A stretch of 61,605 nucleotides of DNA, counting the filler, from Sanchytrium tribonematis (lineage: Eukaryota): the NCBI GenBank assembly GCA_018985235.1. It is 8 parts of 8 records of this genome, joined end to end, with 100 filler letters (N's around TTAATTAATTAA, not from the genome) between each part and the next. Parts side by side here need not be neighbours in the genome. Positions count along the whole stretch, not along the records: positions 1 to 26,047 come from JADGIG010000063.1; positions 26,148 to 31,146 come from JADGIG010000650.1; positions 31,247 to 36,227 come from JADGIG010000651.1; 5 more parts are not named here. The stretch is one strand, 5' to 3'. Under the pieces are notes generated by a model, which saw nothing but the letters and a program-made list of their open reading frames with translations, was not told where the DNA came from and ran no database searches. Positions 22,729-34,985 of this stretch are shown here, one piece after another. The position numbers were made by a program, and so were the translations under genes. The stretch's first letter is position 1, and every line of letters begins with the position of its first letter.

Positions 22729-25700
22729 ATGGACAGTTTTACAGTTGGAGACGAAGTTCTTGTTCAAACTTCACAAAATTCACTGGGGATCATTAGGTTT
22801 ATAGGCGCAACAAAATTTGCAGAAGGTATTTGGTGTGGAATTGAATTACAAGAAGCCACAGGCAAGAATAATGGTTCTGTAAACGGAGAGCAATATTTTA
22901 TTTGTGCGGAAAATCACGGTTTGTTTTGTAGGTCTACCCAGTTGAAGTTGAAAGGATCAAAAAGCAGACCAACAAGTGTTGGAAGTAGGCCACAATCCCG
23001 CCTTGAAAAGCCTATTTCAAGGAACTCCTTAGATCGAGGCACCAAATCCTCGGCTGAAATACGGTCCAATAGATTATCGCTACAAGACTCAAGACCTTCA
23101 TCTAGATTGTCAAACGTGATACCCGATGATTCCAAATCGCAAGAAGTTCAAAAATTGAAGGCAACAATAATTGAAAAAGAAAAAATAATTGCAAATCAGG
23201 AAAAAAGGCTGGAACAAGCTAAAAATGAATTAGAGTCCTTGAATCTACTAGAAAAGCAAATCGACGACTTGGTTTTTCAAAAAGATGCTCAAAATGTAGA
23301 GCGATCTAAGATAAAAGAGCGCAGTGAGATTCGGGAAAGAGAACTTTCAGCAAAGCTTCAAAACTTTGAGACCCAAATTGTTAATCTTACTTCACAACTT
23401 ATTGAAAAAGACGAGATTATTAATCGTTTGAAAAATCTGGCTGACGAAGATATGGAAGAAGTATCAAATGGTGAAAACGTACACCGCTATGAATTTGAGT
23501 CCGCAATGGCCGAAAACGAACAACTCAAGTCCCAAATTAATCAACTCAATATCATTATCTCGCAAAATGAATCTGTAGCGGCATCACACAGTGAAGATCT
23601 GAAATTGTCAAAAAAACAAATCGATTCCCTTAAAAATGATTTAATAACAAAAGATTTGAAAATAAGCGAGCTTGTCAATTATGATAAACAAATCAAAGCG
23701 GATACATCTGACGAAGAGGAGTTATTAGAATTGCGGGATCAAATTGAGATAATTGCTTTGGACAAAGAATATGCTGAAGAGCAAGTCATATTTTACAAGG
23801 ATCAATATGAAGAAGCGAAGATAAATTTTGAAAAACTATCTGTGAAATATAACGAAATATCAAACATGGATTCTGACACTTTGAAACTTCAAGAGGCACT
23901 TGTAAGACTCAAAATATACAGCGAAGGTTTGGAAAAAGACCTTTCCAATTCTAAATCGAATGAGAAGGCAACTCAATTTGAGATTACTAAATCTCTGGAA
24001 TTGCAAAAAACCATGGAAATGCTAGAAAAAAATAATCATGAACTTCGCCTACAATTGGAAACTGCTGAGAATAATGAAACGTTTATTCAAGAGTTATCAG
24101 AAACCAATTTGCTGCTAAATTCAAAAATTGAAAATTTAGCGAAAGAGGTCAAGGATTTGGAAGCACTAAAGGAAATGAGCGACGAGATTGAGCATAGATA
24201 TGCCGATGCCTTGAGTGATATGGGAAATGAATTGTCACAGACCAATCTTGAAAAGAAAAATCTTGAAGTTAATTTTAATGCTCAAAAAGACATTATTCAG
24301 GATTATGAAGATACCATCATACAATTAAGAGATTTTATTCATAAAACTCAATCTGAACTTGATGAGATCAAACTTCAAAATAACGATAAGCAGCAAGAGT
24401 TGACTTGGCTTACAAATCAAAGTAAAAATATGATGAAGATGAATGTTAAGCTACAAGCTTCCTCCGTCCAAGTCAGAAGTAGAATGATTGATGTCGACTT
24501 GAAAAAGAATGAAATCGAGATATCAGAGCTGATGAAGTCCCTGATTAGTCATTACCTTCCCAATTATTTCACCAATTTAGATGAAAAGTGTCTCAATGCA
24601 TACATAAGTCTTAAAAAGTGCTTTAATAAGTTGAGAGTTTTTTTCAAATATTTAGAAGACGAGACCACATCAGATTTAGAAGATCTGAAAGCGCTTGAAG
24701 TGCGCAATTATTGCGACTTTAAACAGAAATACAATTGGGTTATGGGAATTCTCTTTGTGTTAATTAGATATATCGAGACCTCAGATAGTGACCAGTTTGT
24801 AAAGGTTTTAAAATTAACAACTGACATTACTAACTTGGAACAAGTCTCCGATGAATTTATTCGCATACTTAAGAAGAATGAATTCGTATGTGGAACTCAA
24901 TTATCTGTTGTTGCTAGATTGGGATTGCATATCGAAAAGGTCGCTGACGAGTTTATTGAATTTCCGAATGAGCTCGTTACTCAAGAATATAGCTCAGTGA
25001 TGTTGGAAGCAATAGGCAATTTAGCGGATAAATTGAACTCGGATTTTGAAGTTCTTTCCCCGATTTTTAAAATCGATGGAATTGAAGAATTAGAGAACTT
25101 AACTGTTGAGATGAGGCATATATTAAAGCAACATTTTGAGTATTTAGATCAAATGAAAAACTCGGCTCTTTCTGTTCAAATATCGTCTCAAACTCAGGAA
25201 TTATTATTTAAATTTTTAAAATTTATCAAGTTTTTTGACATGATTTTAGAGAAAGCACTTGAATTAGAAAAGTCGGATGAAGTTGCCAAACTAGATTCTT
25301 ATTTTAAATCAGTCTCAACTGAAGTTTTCAATCAAGAGCTTGATCTTAAGGGTCTTTTTGGAATTTTTCGCAATCTTTTAGAAGATCTTAGAAAATACCA
25401 CTTTTCATCCACCGAAGACCATAATCATGTAAAAATAGTAGATGTCACGCCTCCATGGATATCCAGATCTGATCATATAAAGGAACAATTGGTTAATAAA
25501 AAAGAAGCTGAAGAACATATTCATCTGATGCAGGTGCGACTTGACAATTTGACTCGAGATTTGATTTTAAAAGAACAAAAGATTGAAGAGTATCAACATC
25601 AGCTTCTGGTTTTGGAGACTCAGAAAGTGGACAATGTAGTTACTGACGCGCATATTCAATTAAAAAAGCAAATTAAAGGATTTCAGGAACAAGAAGCAAT

Positions 25701-26047
25701 TTATGAAGACGCAATTGACAATTTACACAATGAAATTGGAATATTGCAAAAGCAGCTACAAGATGCAAAAAATCAATTTAGTCATATGGAAGAACTTCCT
25801 GTGAATCTTCAGTCGAACAATCAATTGGCACAGCTTTATAAAAGAAGACATGATAAACTTCTAGAACTCAATCTCTCATCTCTAATAACGTATATTGATG
25901 CCAATTTATCGCCAGTACTTCTAAAAAGATTAAGTTTCAAAGAAAAATGTAGAGAAAATCCAAATTATTCAGCAGATCCAAAAGAAGAAGGTAAAACACA
26001 GAAAGAACACAAATCATTTAAAGAGCTTTTAAGTTTCTACTCTAACT
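22729..26047 (+). CDS. DCTN1: Dynactin p150Glued (CAP-Gly + coiled coil); 3'-partial at contig end
   Basis: CAP-Gly GIIRFIGATKFAEGIWCGIEL..GKNNGSV; IEIIALDKEYAEE; LQEALVRL. Confidence 0.92.
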
Positions 26048-26147
26048 NNNNNNNNNNNNNNNNNNNNNNNNNNNNNNNNNNNNNNNNNNNNTTAATTAAT
26101 TAANNNNNNNNNNNNNNNNNNNNNNNNNNNNNNNNNNNNNNNNNNNN
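26048..26147. other. Artificial contig linker (44N-TTAATTAATTAA-44N); identical copies at 31147-31246, 36228-36327, 41308-41407, 46388-46487, 51467-51566 and 56537-56636
   Basis: Seven identical 100-bp spacers with a six-frame stop. Genes are truncated at them, and contig sizes after the first descend (4999, 4981, 4980, 4980, 4979, 4970, 4969 bp). Confidence 0.98.
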
Positions 26148-26399
26148 TTGCTTGAACTCGCATAACTCATCCGATTCGAATGGGAAGGACTTCCAGATCT
26201 GCTCGGTGATTTGCTTGAACTCGCATAACTCATCCGATTCGAATGGGAAGGACTTCCAGATCTGCTCGGTGATTTGCTTGAACTCGCATAACTCATCCTA
26301 TTCGAATGGGAAGGACTTCCAGATCTGCTCGGTGATTTGCTTGAACTCGCATAACTCATACGATTCGAATGGGAAGGACTTCCAGATCTGCTTGGTGAA
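26148..26399. repeat. 63-bp coding tandem repeat, at least 4 copies
   Basis: Units start at 26148, 26211, 26274 and 26337 (TTGCTTGAACTCGCATAACTCAT...); near-identical with no spacers. Confidence 0.95.
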
Positions 26400-27475
26400 T
26401 TCGACGAGGCATTGCTATCTCTCTTGGTATCTCCCAGATTTAAATTTGGAATCTTCACAGTGTCGATAATTTTAATTTCGGAAGCAGTTCTTTGATTATA
26501 TGAATTGTCTGATTGTGGAATATCCGAATTTCTATTGGCAAACGTTGAGCGACTGGCTGATTTTCTCTCAGGGCTTTGAGAAATGCTAGATGCAAGAGGA
26601 AGCTTAAGATCTAGCTTGTAGTTTTTACCGTCCACTTCAGGAATTTTATCAAACTTTTGCGAAGAAGGTAAGGACCTATTAATAGTCGGTGGAGACCCCA
26701 AATTGTTTTTAGTATTAGGGTTTGCGTTATTTTTAGAGCTTGTTTTGATATTCAGTGAGGGAATTTTTGGGACAGGCTCATTTCCGTGAGCTGCAAATTG
26801 TGGCATACCCATGTCTATAGTTTTTCTCTTAACGATTTCATTATTAAAGACTTGGGTGACACTTTTGGCGGTCTTATCAATTGGTGCACTCCTTCGCTTA
26901 CTAGAGGATGAGACAGGAATCCCAGGTACATTGACAATACTCACATTAAATGGCTTTTTCACACTCATGAATGATTCGTCTTTTTGAGCGGTTTCAAAAG
27001 AACGTGTGTTACTCTTTATAGAAAGATCTTCAACAGACTGAAGAGGATTTTGAAGTACCGCTTTTGAAGGTGAGTTTGACTGTGGACTGGGTTTCGTTTC
27101 TCGATTCACACTATTTTTTTTGCGCTCGAGTGAAGCAAAAGAAGGCTTCAAAATCTTTTCTTTCTTCTTAACAACTAATTTCGGGGACGTAGAAGATACC
27201 TCCACATTTTTATCAATATCATCCAACATTTCATCCATAGCTTCATCTTCGCCTGTATCAGTTGGATTGACATAATCACTATCAGGATCCTCTACTAGCT
27301 CCAGATCTTTTGCGGGTTTTGCGCTGGAATTTCTCTTCCTGCGTCTTTTTTTCTTGTAAAAGCCTCTCTCGTATTCCTCCTTTGTGTGAGTATAACCTAT
27401 AAAAACAACAATATCATCTCTAATCTCATGCTCGTATTCTGTTACGTTTTCAGTTAAAAATCTAACCGATTTCAT
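26148..27475 (-). CDS. Ser/Lys-rich disordered protein with 21-aa tandem repeats; 3'-partial
   Basis: Long ORF with a basic cluster KKKRRRKR, an N-terminal KSVRF, and SSKSPSRSGSPSHSNRMSYAS repeats running into the contig end. Confidence 0.7.
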
Positions 27476-27602
27476 TGCAATCGTATTGAGAAATGGAGGC
27501 AAACGTTTAAAAGACGAATTATAGTCTTTGGACCAATCAAATTAAAGTTTTTTATTAAAACCTTTGATGAAAAATGACGAGAATAAATTTAGCATTCATA
27601 CT

Positions 27603-28619
27603 CTATTTCGGAGGTGAATCTTGCAATGGTGAGGGGTGCGCTCCAGTTTTGTAGCGATCGATCATATTGATTGCAGATTCAAATTTCGAACTACTGAAGG
27701 CATCTTCATATTTTAGCTTGGTTTCAATGGGTTTTAATCGCACAGAACCCTCATTTTGATTGTCCTCAAGTTCATTTATATCAGCGTTACTCGAGAAAAT
27801 CAAACTTTTTAGAGATTTTTTGCTGTTTCTGTATAGCTGGGTAAAAGAACGTCCTCCTTGTACTGCAGAATCATTCGTAGAAGAAGAAATAAATCGCCGT
27901 TTATACATTTCGTCTGACAAATACGATTTGTTGGTTTGGACCGACATAGCCGTACGATTTACGTTGTTTAAATCAGCATTTCTTTCATTAAAAGTTTCCA
28001 AATTTTTGCTAGTTTTAGAACTCAAAAGACTGACATTAGAGAATTTGGCACTAAGCTGGGCATAATTAAAAGATGGGACGTTTCTCAGAACGAGATCTGC
28101 TTTGGGAAAGCTGCTAAATTCAGACTTCATATTAACGAGTCGTTGGTTTTGCCTACGCCTCCGGAGTCCAAGAAGAGCACAGAAAATTGGCAATAAGCAA
28201 CAAAATACAATTAAAATAATTATCCAAGGGTTGATTAAGTAGGTCACATTATGAAAATCTGGACTTGCATCGCAATTCTCCTTTGGACAGCTATCAAATG
28301 CATTAGAAATAGTTTTATCGCAAGATTCGACATTATCTCTTATTAATTTGCAAGACTTCTCACACAATCGCGAGCCGCAGTTGCTATTTTGGCTTAATAA
28401 TTGACAGACGTAATACTTTGTATACGGTTGGCACGAGTAGTTGGAAAAATGGGAAACATACTTATCTAACTGACTAGTACTATTAATTTCAATTGTACCG
28501 ACTATCATTGACTGAAATTTAGTGCCTTCCCAAGGACTACATTCTTGTGTAGAATCAAGATTGAAGCAACTATTGGAAAATGATATGCTGTTCATAGAAG
28601 GCAAAGCATTTTGAGACAT
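27603..28619 (-). CDS. Single-pass membrane protein with a Cys-rich ectodomain
   Basis: Cys-rich N-terminus, TM WIIILIVFCCLLPIFCALLGL followed by RRRR; Cys spacing resembles the upstream neighbour. Confidence 0.75.
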   Translation of the reverse strand: MSQNALPSMNSISFSNSCFNLDSTQECSPWEGTKFQSMIVGTIEINSTSQLDKYVSHFSNYSCQPYTKYYVCQLLSQNSNCGSRLCEKSCKLIRDNVESCDKTISNAFDSCPKENCDASPDFHNVTYLINPWIIILIVFCCLLPIFCALLGLRRRRQNQRLVNMKSEFSSFPKADLVLRNVPSFNYAQLSAKFSNVSLLSSKTSKNLETFNERNADLNNVNRTAMSVQTNKSYLSDEMYKRRFISSSTNDSAVQGGRSFTQLYRNSKKSLKSLIFSSNADINELEDNQNEGSVRLKPIETKLKYEDAFSSSKFESAINMIDRYKTGAHPSPLQDSPPK

Positions 28620-28662
28620 TATTAGTTTTCTCCTATCCGTAAATGATTGTGTTACGATTGCA

Positions 28663-30060
28663 TTATTTATTACGATGACGCGTTAAATTGTGTAAGTCTT
28701 CATTCACGACCTCTGACACTTCGTCGTTATTTGTGAATTGAGAATCTTCTGTATACCCAGTAAACCCAGTGGCGACTGTGTACTCACTTTCATGCTTTTT
28801 AGAAGGTGGTTGATATGTGGTTGTGGAATAAATACTTTCAGGTTGGTGAGTCGATACAGTATATGTGCTTTCTGGAGGTCTCGTTGTGGCAGTGTATGCG
28901 CTTGCTGTATATGTGGAATAATTCCCAGTGTAAGCAGAAGAGGCCATGCTGGAAGCAAAACTAGAACGCATTTTGTTAATCTTATCAAGACGTTTTTTGT
29001 TTCCGTAAACGCTTTCTCTCGTTTTAAATTTTTGCTTATTAGTTGTTGGTACAATGTAATTTAGCGGAAGTACACCAAGTTGTCCAGTATTATTGTTAAA
29101 TCCGTAAGCCCAACCATCGTCATATTGATGAGAAACAACAATGATATCTCCGACAGCGATTTCCATTTCATCATCCATGGTAGGGACATAGTCTCTAACA
29201 CATTTATAATGATGAGTTGATTTTGCTAAAAGTGATACAATTTCTTGATCCAACATAGATGAAGCTGCAGAATTAGTGGATGCAGTCCTTCTATTTAGAT
29301 CCCTGGTTGATTCGCTATCATGTCCGCTTTGTGTATAAGAAGTACTGGAGCTTCTAGAATTTCTTAGATCGATCAATGATTCATGATTGGATTGTTGGCT
29401 TGGATTAAAATTCCTAGGAGAGTCAGTTCGCTCTGATCTAATAGATCTGGCCGTTGGTTTAGTATTTGGATTTGTTCGTTTTGCACGACAACGAAATATG
29501 ACAATTATTATCAAAGCAAATAATGCTATTCCAGCAACAATGACTGCAATATACTCATTTCTCCAACCTTCAGAAGCAACAGACGGCATTCCGTCAGAAG
29601 GCATTTCGTCCTCATTCATCTCTGCGCTAATACAGTCACTGTCAGAGCTGAACATTTTATCGCTCCCGCAAAACTGTGTCAAATTAGCTAACTGTGCACT
29701 GGAAGGCGAACATTTGTCTAATATGTTTTTCACGCTGTTTATGTACGTGTTACAAGTGGTATTGCAGAGATATTTGGGACTTTTGGGATTATTGCAATTT
29801 AAATTGCTTTCATTGACTAAAATCGCGCAAATAAAAGTTCTCAAATATTGCCTATTTGATACGTCTTCCTTTTTGCAATGGTATTCTCCAACGATTTCAT
29901 CAATACTTTTCACATTAACAAATTGCTGGATATTTTTGTCTAAAATTGAAATATCCTTCGTGCTGCTGTTGTAAAAATTAGATATTGTTGTGTCAAAGAA
30001 AAAGTTTTGATACCCAGGGCATACTTTCGAATTCTTGAATGAGAGGCAATTGTCATTCAT
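28663..30060 (-). CDS. Cys-rich ectodomain + TM + SH3 domain protein
   Basis: TM YIAVIVAGIALFALIIIVIF; SH3 YKCVRDYVPTMDDEMEIAVGD...DDGWAYG...GVLPLNYI. Confidence 0.88.
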   Translation of the reverse strand: MNDNCLSFKNSKVCPGYQNFFFDTTISNFYNSSTKDISILDKNIQQFVNVKSIDEIVGEYHCKKEDVSNRQYLRTFICAILVNESNLNCNNPKSPKYLCNTTCNTYINSVKNILDKCSPSSAQLANLTQFCGSDKMFSSDSDCISAEMNEDEMPSDGMPSVASEGWRNEYIAVIVAGIALFALIIIVIFRCRAKRTNPNTKPTARSIRSERTDSPRNFNPSQQSNHESLIDLRNSRSSSTSYTQSGHDSESTRDLNRRTASTNSAASSMLDQEIVSLLAKSTHHYKCVRDYVPTMDDEMEIAVGDIIVVSHQYDDGWAYGFNNNTGQLGVLPLNYIVPTTNKQKFKTRESVYGNKKRLDKINKMRSSFASSMASSAYTGNYSTYTASAYTATTRPPESTYTVSTHQPESIYSTTTYQPPSKKHESEYTVATGFTGYTEDSQFTNNDEVSEVVNEDLHNLTRHRNK

Positions 30061-30180
30061 CTTTCGAAAGGAGGCTATGGGATTAATAAAAGGGACTTTG
30101 TCCAATCAAAAACTCTTGCACAATGACATTTGAGCACAAGCGTCTTGTAGTATAGAAAACAATTTATTTCGTCCATGAAC

Positions 30181-30366
30181 TTATTGTATTCGATTTTGAA
30201 TTGACATCATTTGCTCATGGAGCAACCTTATGCGCTTCAATTCCTCTTCCTCAATAAGAATTTTTTTAAATATTCTAGTACGCATGACGTCAAAAAGCTC
30301 TTCCACTTGTGGATTATCCGTGGGACACTCCATAGCTGTTATGAATGAGTGCAAGGAAATGTCCAT
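30181..30366 (-). CDS. Small hypothetical coiled-coil protein (61 aa)
   Basis: ATG ORF that fills the intergenic gap, with protein-like composition. Confidence 0.5.
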   Translation of the reverse strand: MDISLHSFITAMECPTDNPQVEELFDVMRTRIFKKILIEEEELKRIRLLHEQMMSIQNRIQ

Positions 30367-30410
30367 ATTTTAAAACAATGGAGAACGTAATACAAATAAT
30401 ATTTATTGAA

Positions 30411-31146
<736 letters not shown>

Positions 31147-31246
31147 NNNNNNNNNNNNNNNNNNNNNNNNNNNNNNNNNNNNNNNNNNNNTTAATTAATT
31201 AANNNNNNNNNNNNNNNNNNNNNNNNNNNNNNNNNNNNNNNNNNNN

Positions 31247-31641
31247 ACATGAATCAATTATATATACGAAAAGTATTAGGCACACCTGAATTCATGGCAC
31301 CAGAAATGTGGAAAAAACAAGAATCCTCAAATTATCCATCCATGTTTGCATTTTTAAATCACAAATCACCCTATATTCGTGAATCATTTGATGCATTAAA
31401 ATCAGATATTTATTCACTAGGTGCTACTATGGGTCGATTATTCCAAATAAGCTATTTCATTAGAAATCCAAATCACGTCTTTTCAAACTGTTTTCCCAAT
31501 GATCGTCGTCAATATGAATTACTGATGCAATCTAAAGATGAATCTTCAAGACCCTTGTTAAATATCATCTTTTTAATGACCCAATGTAATCCAGAAAATC
31601 GACCAAGTGCCAATGAATTGTTGAAATTGATAACTCTTTAA
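31247..31641 (+). CDS. Protein kinase C-lobe; 5'-partial, first member of the tandem array
   Basis: Motifs GTPEFMAPE, KSDIYSLG and PENRPSA. Confidence 0.8.
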
Positions 31642-31740
31642 TATGACTAGAAATGAATCAATCGAGTTGATTTGACCATGTATCACCCATTCAATTATCA
31701 ATAAAGAACCATTTAAATTAGGGATCGAAAAATCAACTCC

Positions 31741-32682
31741 ATGTTTCCAGGGGCAATGCTCTTTTGTCTTCAAATTTCTGCATTTTACAATTGCCTTCCA
31801 GTTTCTAATGAGCTATTAAAAGTATTGGAAGCGCAAACATATGAGGAAAATGCCCAAATTATACCTTTTCATAAGGGACCACTCAAATTTAAAGTCACTA
31901 AATCATTTAAAATCAATTATGAAACTGAACTAGCTAAAGAAACTCTCAAAAGGCTTTGCAATGAGATCCAAGTTTTGGAATATTTAAAAAAGAATGATTT
32001 ACAACGCAATCACATCATCCTATTAGATCAAAGTGAATCGGATTGCAAAGATAATGATCCGACTTTTGCCATTTTTTCAATGAAATGGTATTTTGCAAGC
32101 AATGCAGCTTTATTTGGATTTAATGATAAAAGCATTTTGTTATTTGCGGAACAAATGCTGGGTGCATTAAATCATTTACATTCTCAAAATCCACCCATTG
32201 CTAATGGAGATTTCAAATTAGAAAATGTTGTGGTTGAACTCCAACAATTGAAACCTGTGTTTGTATTGGCAGATTTTGGATATTCTAGAATTGGAAATAA
32301 AAATGAACAAAAAATCATGTCAAATGACAAATGTGGTACAAGGGCGTATGCAGCCCCTGAACTATTTACAAAGACACCCCATGATGTAATCAAGGCAGAT
32401 ATTTATTCATTTGGGATTTCATTAGGTATTATACTTGGTACTTTCAACTATAAGGAAAAACAGGCGAGATTTGTTCCAAAACGTGAAATATTTCAATTTT
32501 TTAAAGACTATAGCACAATGGATCATTTGCAAACTTTACAATTCATTCAAAATTCGGAAAATTTGAGTTTTACCAATGTGATGAATATATTGGTTTTTCA
32601 AACAACCGTGTTAGATCCACAAAATAGACCCAGTGCTGCTCAATTGTTGGATTTACTGGATGAAATAAAGTTAAATCAATAA
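31741..32682 (+). CDS. Lineage-specific protein kinase with a hydrophobic leader (HRD changed to NGD)
   Basis: VTKSF, LCNEI, ANGDFKLEN, DFG and APE present; no GxGxxG loop. Confidence 0.85.
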   Translation: MFPGAMLFCLQISAFYNCLPVSNELLKVLEAQTYEENAQIIPFHKGPLKFKVTKSFKINYETELAKETLKRLCNEIQVLEYLKKNDLQRNHIILLDQSESDCKDNDPTFAIFSMKWYFASNAALFGFNDKSILLFAEQMLGALNHLHSQNPPIANGDFKLENVVVELQQLKPVFVLADFGYSRIGNKNEQKIMSNDKCGTRAYAAPELFTKTPHDVIKADIYSFGISLGIILGTFNYKEKQARFVPKREIFQFFKDYSTMDHLQTLQFIQNSENLSFTNVMNILVFQTTVLDPQNRPSAAQLLDLLDEIKLNQ

Positions 32683-32728
32683 AGTCGAACAATGTGCTGT
32701 ACACTTTTGTTTTCTCCTTTTAATCCCC

Positions 32729-33511
32729 ATGTTCTTTCATTTGAATGTATTTACATTATTCTGTTGCATGAGACCCGCTATCAGTGATATTAAAGCAACT
32801 ATTTATTTTACAAATGATAATTTTGTCATTAAATCATTTAAAAGAAATAAAAAGAGTCAAAGAAATGATTTACAACAACGTCAATTCGAAGTGATGAAGG
32901 ATATCTGCAATGAAATTGATTTATTACCACGTATAAAGCATGAACATATTATTAATATCACTGAAATTCAATCCAATTGTCATTTACAGCACCCTACATT
33001 CGCATCTTATAAAATGAAGAAATACAAACAAATACGATTGAATGATATGGATACACAAGCCATATGGGCATTTACAACTCAAATATCAAGTGCATTAGCG
33101 TATTTACATGGATTAAATCCACCTATAGCACATCGAGATATTAAATTAGAAAATATTTTAGTTGAAAATGAGCATTATGTATTGAGTGATTTTGGATTGG
33201 CATTACAGGGTCAAATGGGACAGAATCGAGTGATGACATTGGATAAATCTGGTTCTATGAGTTATGTCGCACCAGAAGTATTAAATTATGGGGAAATAGA
33301 TGCGATTCCTTCGGACATTTATTCATTGGGTGTGTGTATTGGTGAATTATTGGGACAGGTTAAATCAATGCATGATTTGAATGATAAAAAGGATAGGGAA
33401 TTACTTGAATCCATGGTTTATCTCATGATTCTACCAGAACCATATAAAAGACCCACTTCATCAGATTTGATCAAGGTGTTTCAAAAAATAGATGGAAATA
33501 AATATTCATGA
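32729..33511 (+). CDS. Lineage-specific protein kinase with a hydrophobic leader
   Basis: VIKSF, ICNEI, HRDIKLEN, DFG and APE present; no GxGxxG loop. Confidence 0.88.
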   Translation: MFFHLNVFTLFCCMRPAISDIKATIYFTNDNFVIKSFKRNKKSQRNDLQQRQFEVMKDICNEIDLLPRIKHEHIINITEIQSNCHLQHPTFASYKMKKYKQIRLNDMDTQAIWAFTTQISSALAYLHGLNPPIAHRDIKLENILVENEHYVLSDFGLALQGQMGQNRVMTLDKSGSMSYVAPEVLNYGEIDAIPSDIYSLGVCIGELLGQVKSMHDLNDKKDRELLESMVYLMILPEPYKRPTSSDLIKVFQKIDGNKYS

Positions 33512-33625
33512 AATAATTGTTTGTTATGCTTTCCATTTGTCGCAATGAATCCAAATTTCCCTCGTGTTTCTGTGTCATCATGTGTAACCACATGTCAATT
33601 TTGTGTCAATGTGATTTTACCCCGT

Positions 33626-34513
33626 ATGTTTGTATTTCTTTTTCATTTGAATGCATTTGTATGTTGCACCAAATTACAAAAAAAAAGAGTCAAAGCACGC
33701 ATACATTACCCGTGGTTCTCTGATATTGTCACCAAATCATATAAAAGAACCTTTAAAGGCAGTCTATATAAAATAGAAAATGTAATTCTGCAAAATTTAT
33801 GCAATGAAATCAATATTGTGCCACAATTGGAACACTCAAACATTATTAAAATTAAAAATATTGATTCGGATTGTGATTTAGAGACACCTAGATTTGCCAA
33901 ATTTGAAATGGCTAAATATCCCGCTACTGTTGCAAAAATTTACGATGATCAGGAGAATGAGAGATTGAGTTTTAAATTTATTTTTCAGTTTGCTCATCAA
34001 ATGATAGAGGCCTTGAAATATTTACACACTCTCGATATTCCTATTGCACATGGGGACATTACTCCGAATAATATCTTCGTTGAAATGAGAGATGACGAAT
34101 ATCATTTTGTGTTGGGTGATTTTGGATACGCACAACGTATTGAAAATGGATTAGTTGACTCTAAAATGGTCCAAATGACTCGAAATTATGCTGCCCCAGA
34201 AATTAAATTGCAAATATATAGACAATTGGATCAAGAATCCTTAAAAATCGATATGGTGAAAGCAGATATCTATTCATTGGGTATAACTATTGCAGCTTTA
34301 CTGGGCAGAACAGAAATGGAGTCTGATAGTTTAAAATTAAAGAGACAGGAAATCAACATGATTTTGACTGAAAATGATGAACATTGCAGTGTGTTGCCTT
34401 TAGAAAAAGAATTGTTAGAAATGATCAGCAGAATGACATTAACAAATCCCACGCTTCGACCAAATGCAGCTGATTTACTTGAAAATCCAATATTTACTAA
34501 ATTTCAATGTTAA
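33626..34513 (+). CDS. Lineage-specific protein kinase with a hydrophobic leader (HGD variant)
   Basis: Start MFVFLFHLNAFVCC chosen by analogy to the paralogs; LCNEI, HGDITPNN, DFG, APE. Confidence 0.85.
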   Translation: MFVFLFHLNAFVCCTKLQKKRVKARIHYPWFSDIVTKSYKRTFKGSLYKIENVILQNLCNEINIVPQLEHSNIIKIKNIDSDCDLETPRFAKFEMAKYPATVAKIYDDQENERLSFKFIFQFAHQMIEALKYLHTLDIPIAHGDITPNNIFVEMRDDEYHFVLGDFGYAQRIENGLVDSKMVQMTRNYAAPEIKLQIYRQLDQESLKIDMVKADIYSLGITIAALLGRTEMESDSLKLKRQEINMILTENDEHCSVLPLEKELLEMISRMTLTNPTLRPNAADLLENPIFTKFQC

Positions 34514-34868
34514 ATTGGAAAATATATTTGCGATTGAAAATATTGACTGGAAAAATAGAAAATATTATGAGTTTATATTGGGTAATTTTGGGAAATCTTT
34601 ACAAATCAAGGATGAGTTTGATGTATTAAAATCAGATATATATTCACTCGGTATTTGTATAGGCCTTGTTATGGGAATAATGAAAAATGACAATGAAACT
34701 CTTGATTCAATTTCAGAGAAATTTGTAAATATAAATAATCTTGATAAATTACTTGAGAAACCAGATAATGTAATGATGAAGGGGATGGTTTATTTAATGA
34801 CCCATAAAAATGATCAAAATATACCAAGTGCTTCTGAATTGCTTGATTTTATAACTAAAATTCAATAA
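34505..34868 (+). pseudogene. Truncated kinase remnant (C-lobe only)
   Basis: Begins at NVKLENIF overlapping the previous stop. DFG has become NFG, the activation segment/APE is deleted and the N-lobe is absent; it resembles 34986-35876. Confidence 0.65.
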
Positions 34869-34985
34869 ATAAATCACAATGACCTCTAGTTTTTTACAAT
34901 CTCTGTGATTCTCTGTACAACTCTGTGCAACCATGTGATTGTACAACATGATACAAAATAAATTTGTGATTTTCAAAATTACCCC

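Noticed and set aside
26148..26399. CRISPR-like array
   Set aside because: It is contiguous 63-bp in-frame coding units with no unique spacers, in a eukaryotic context.
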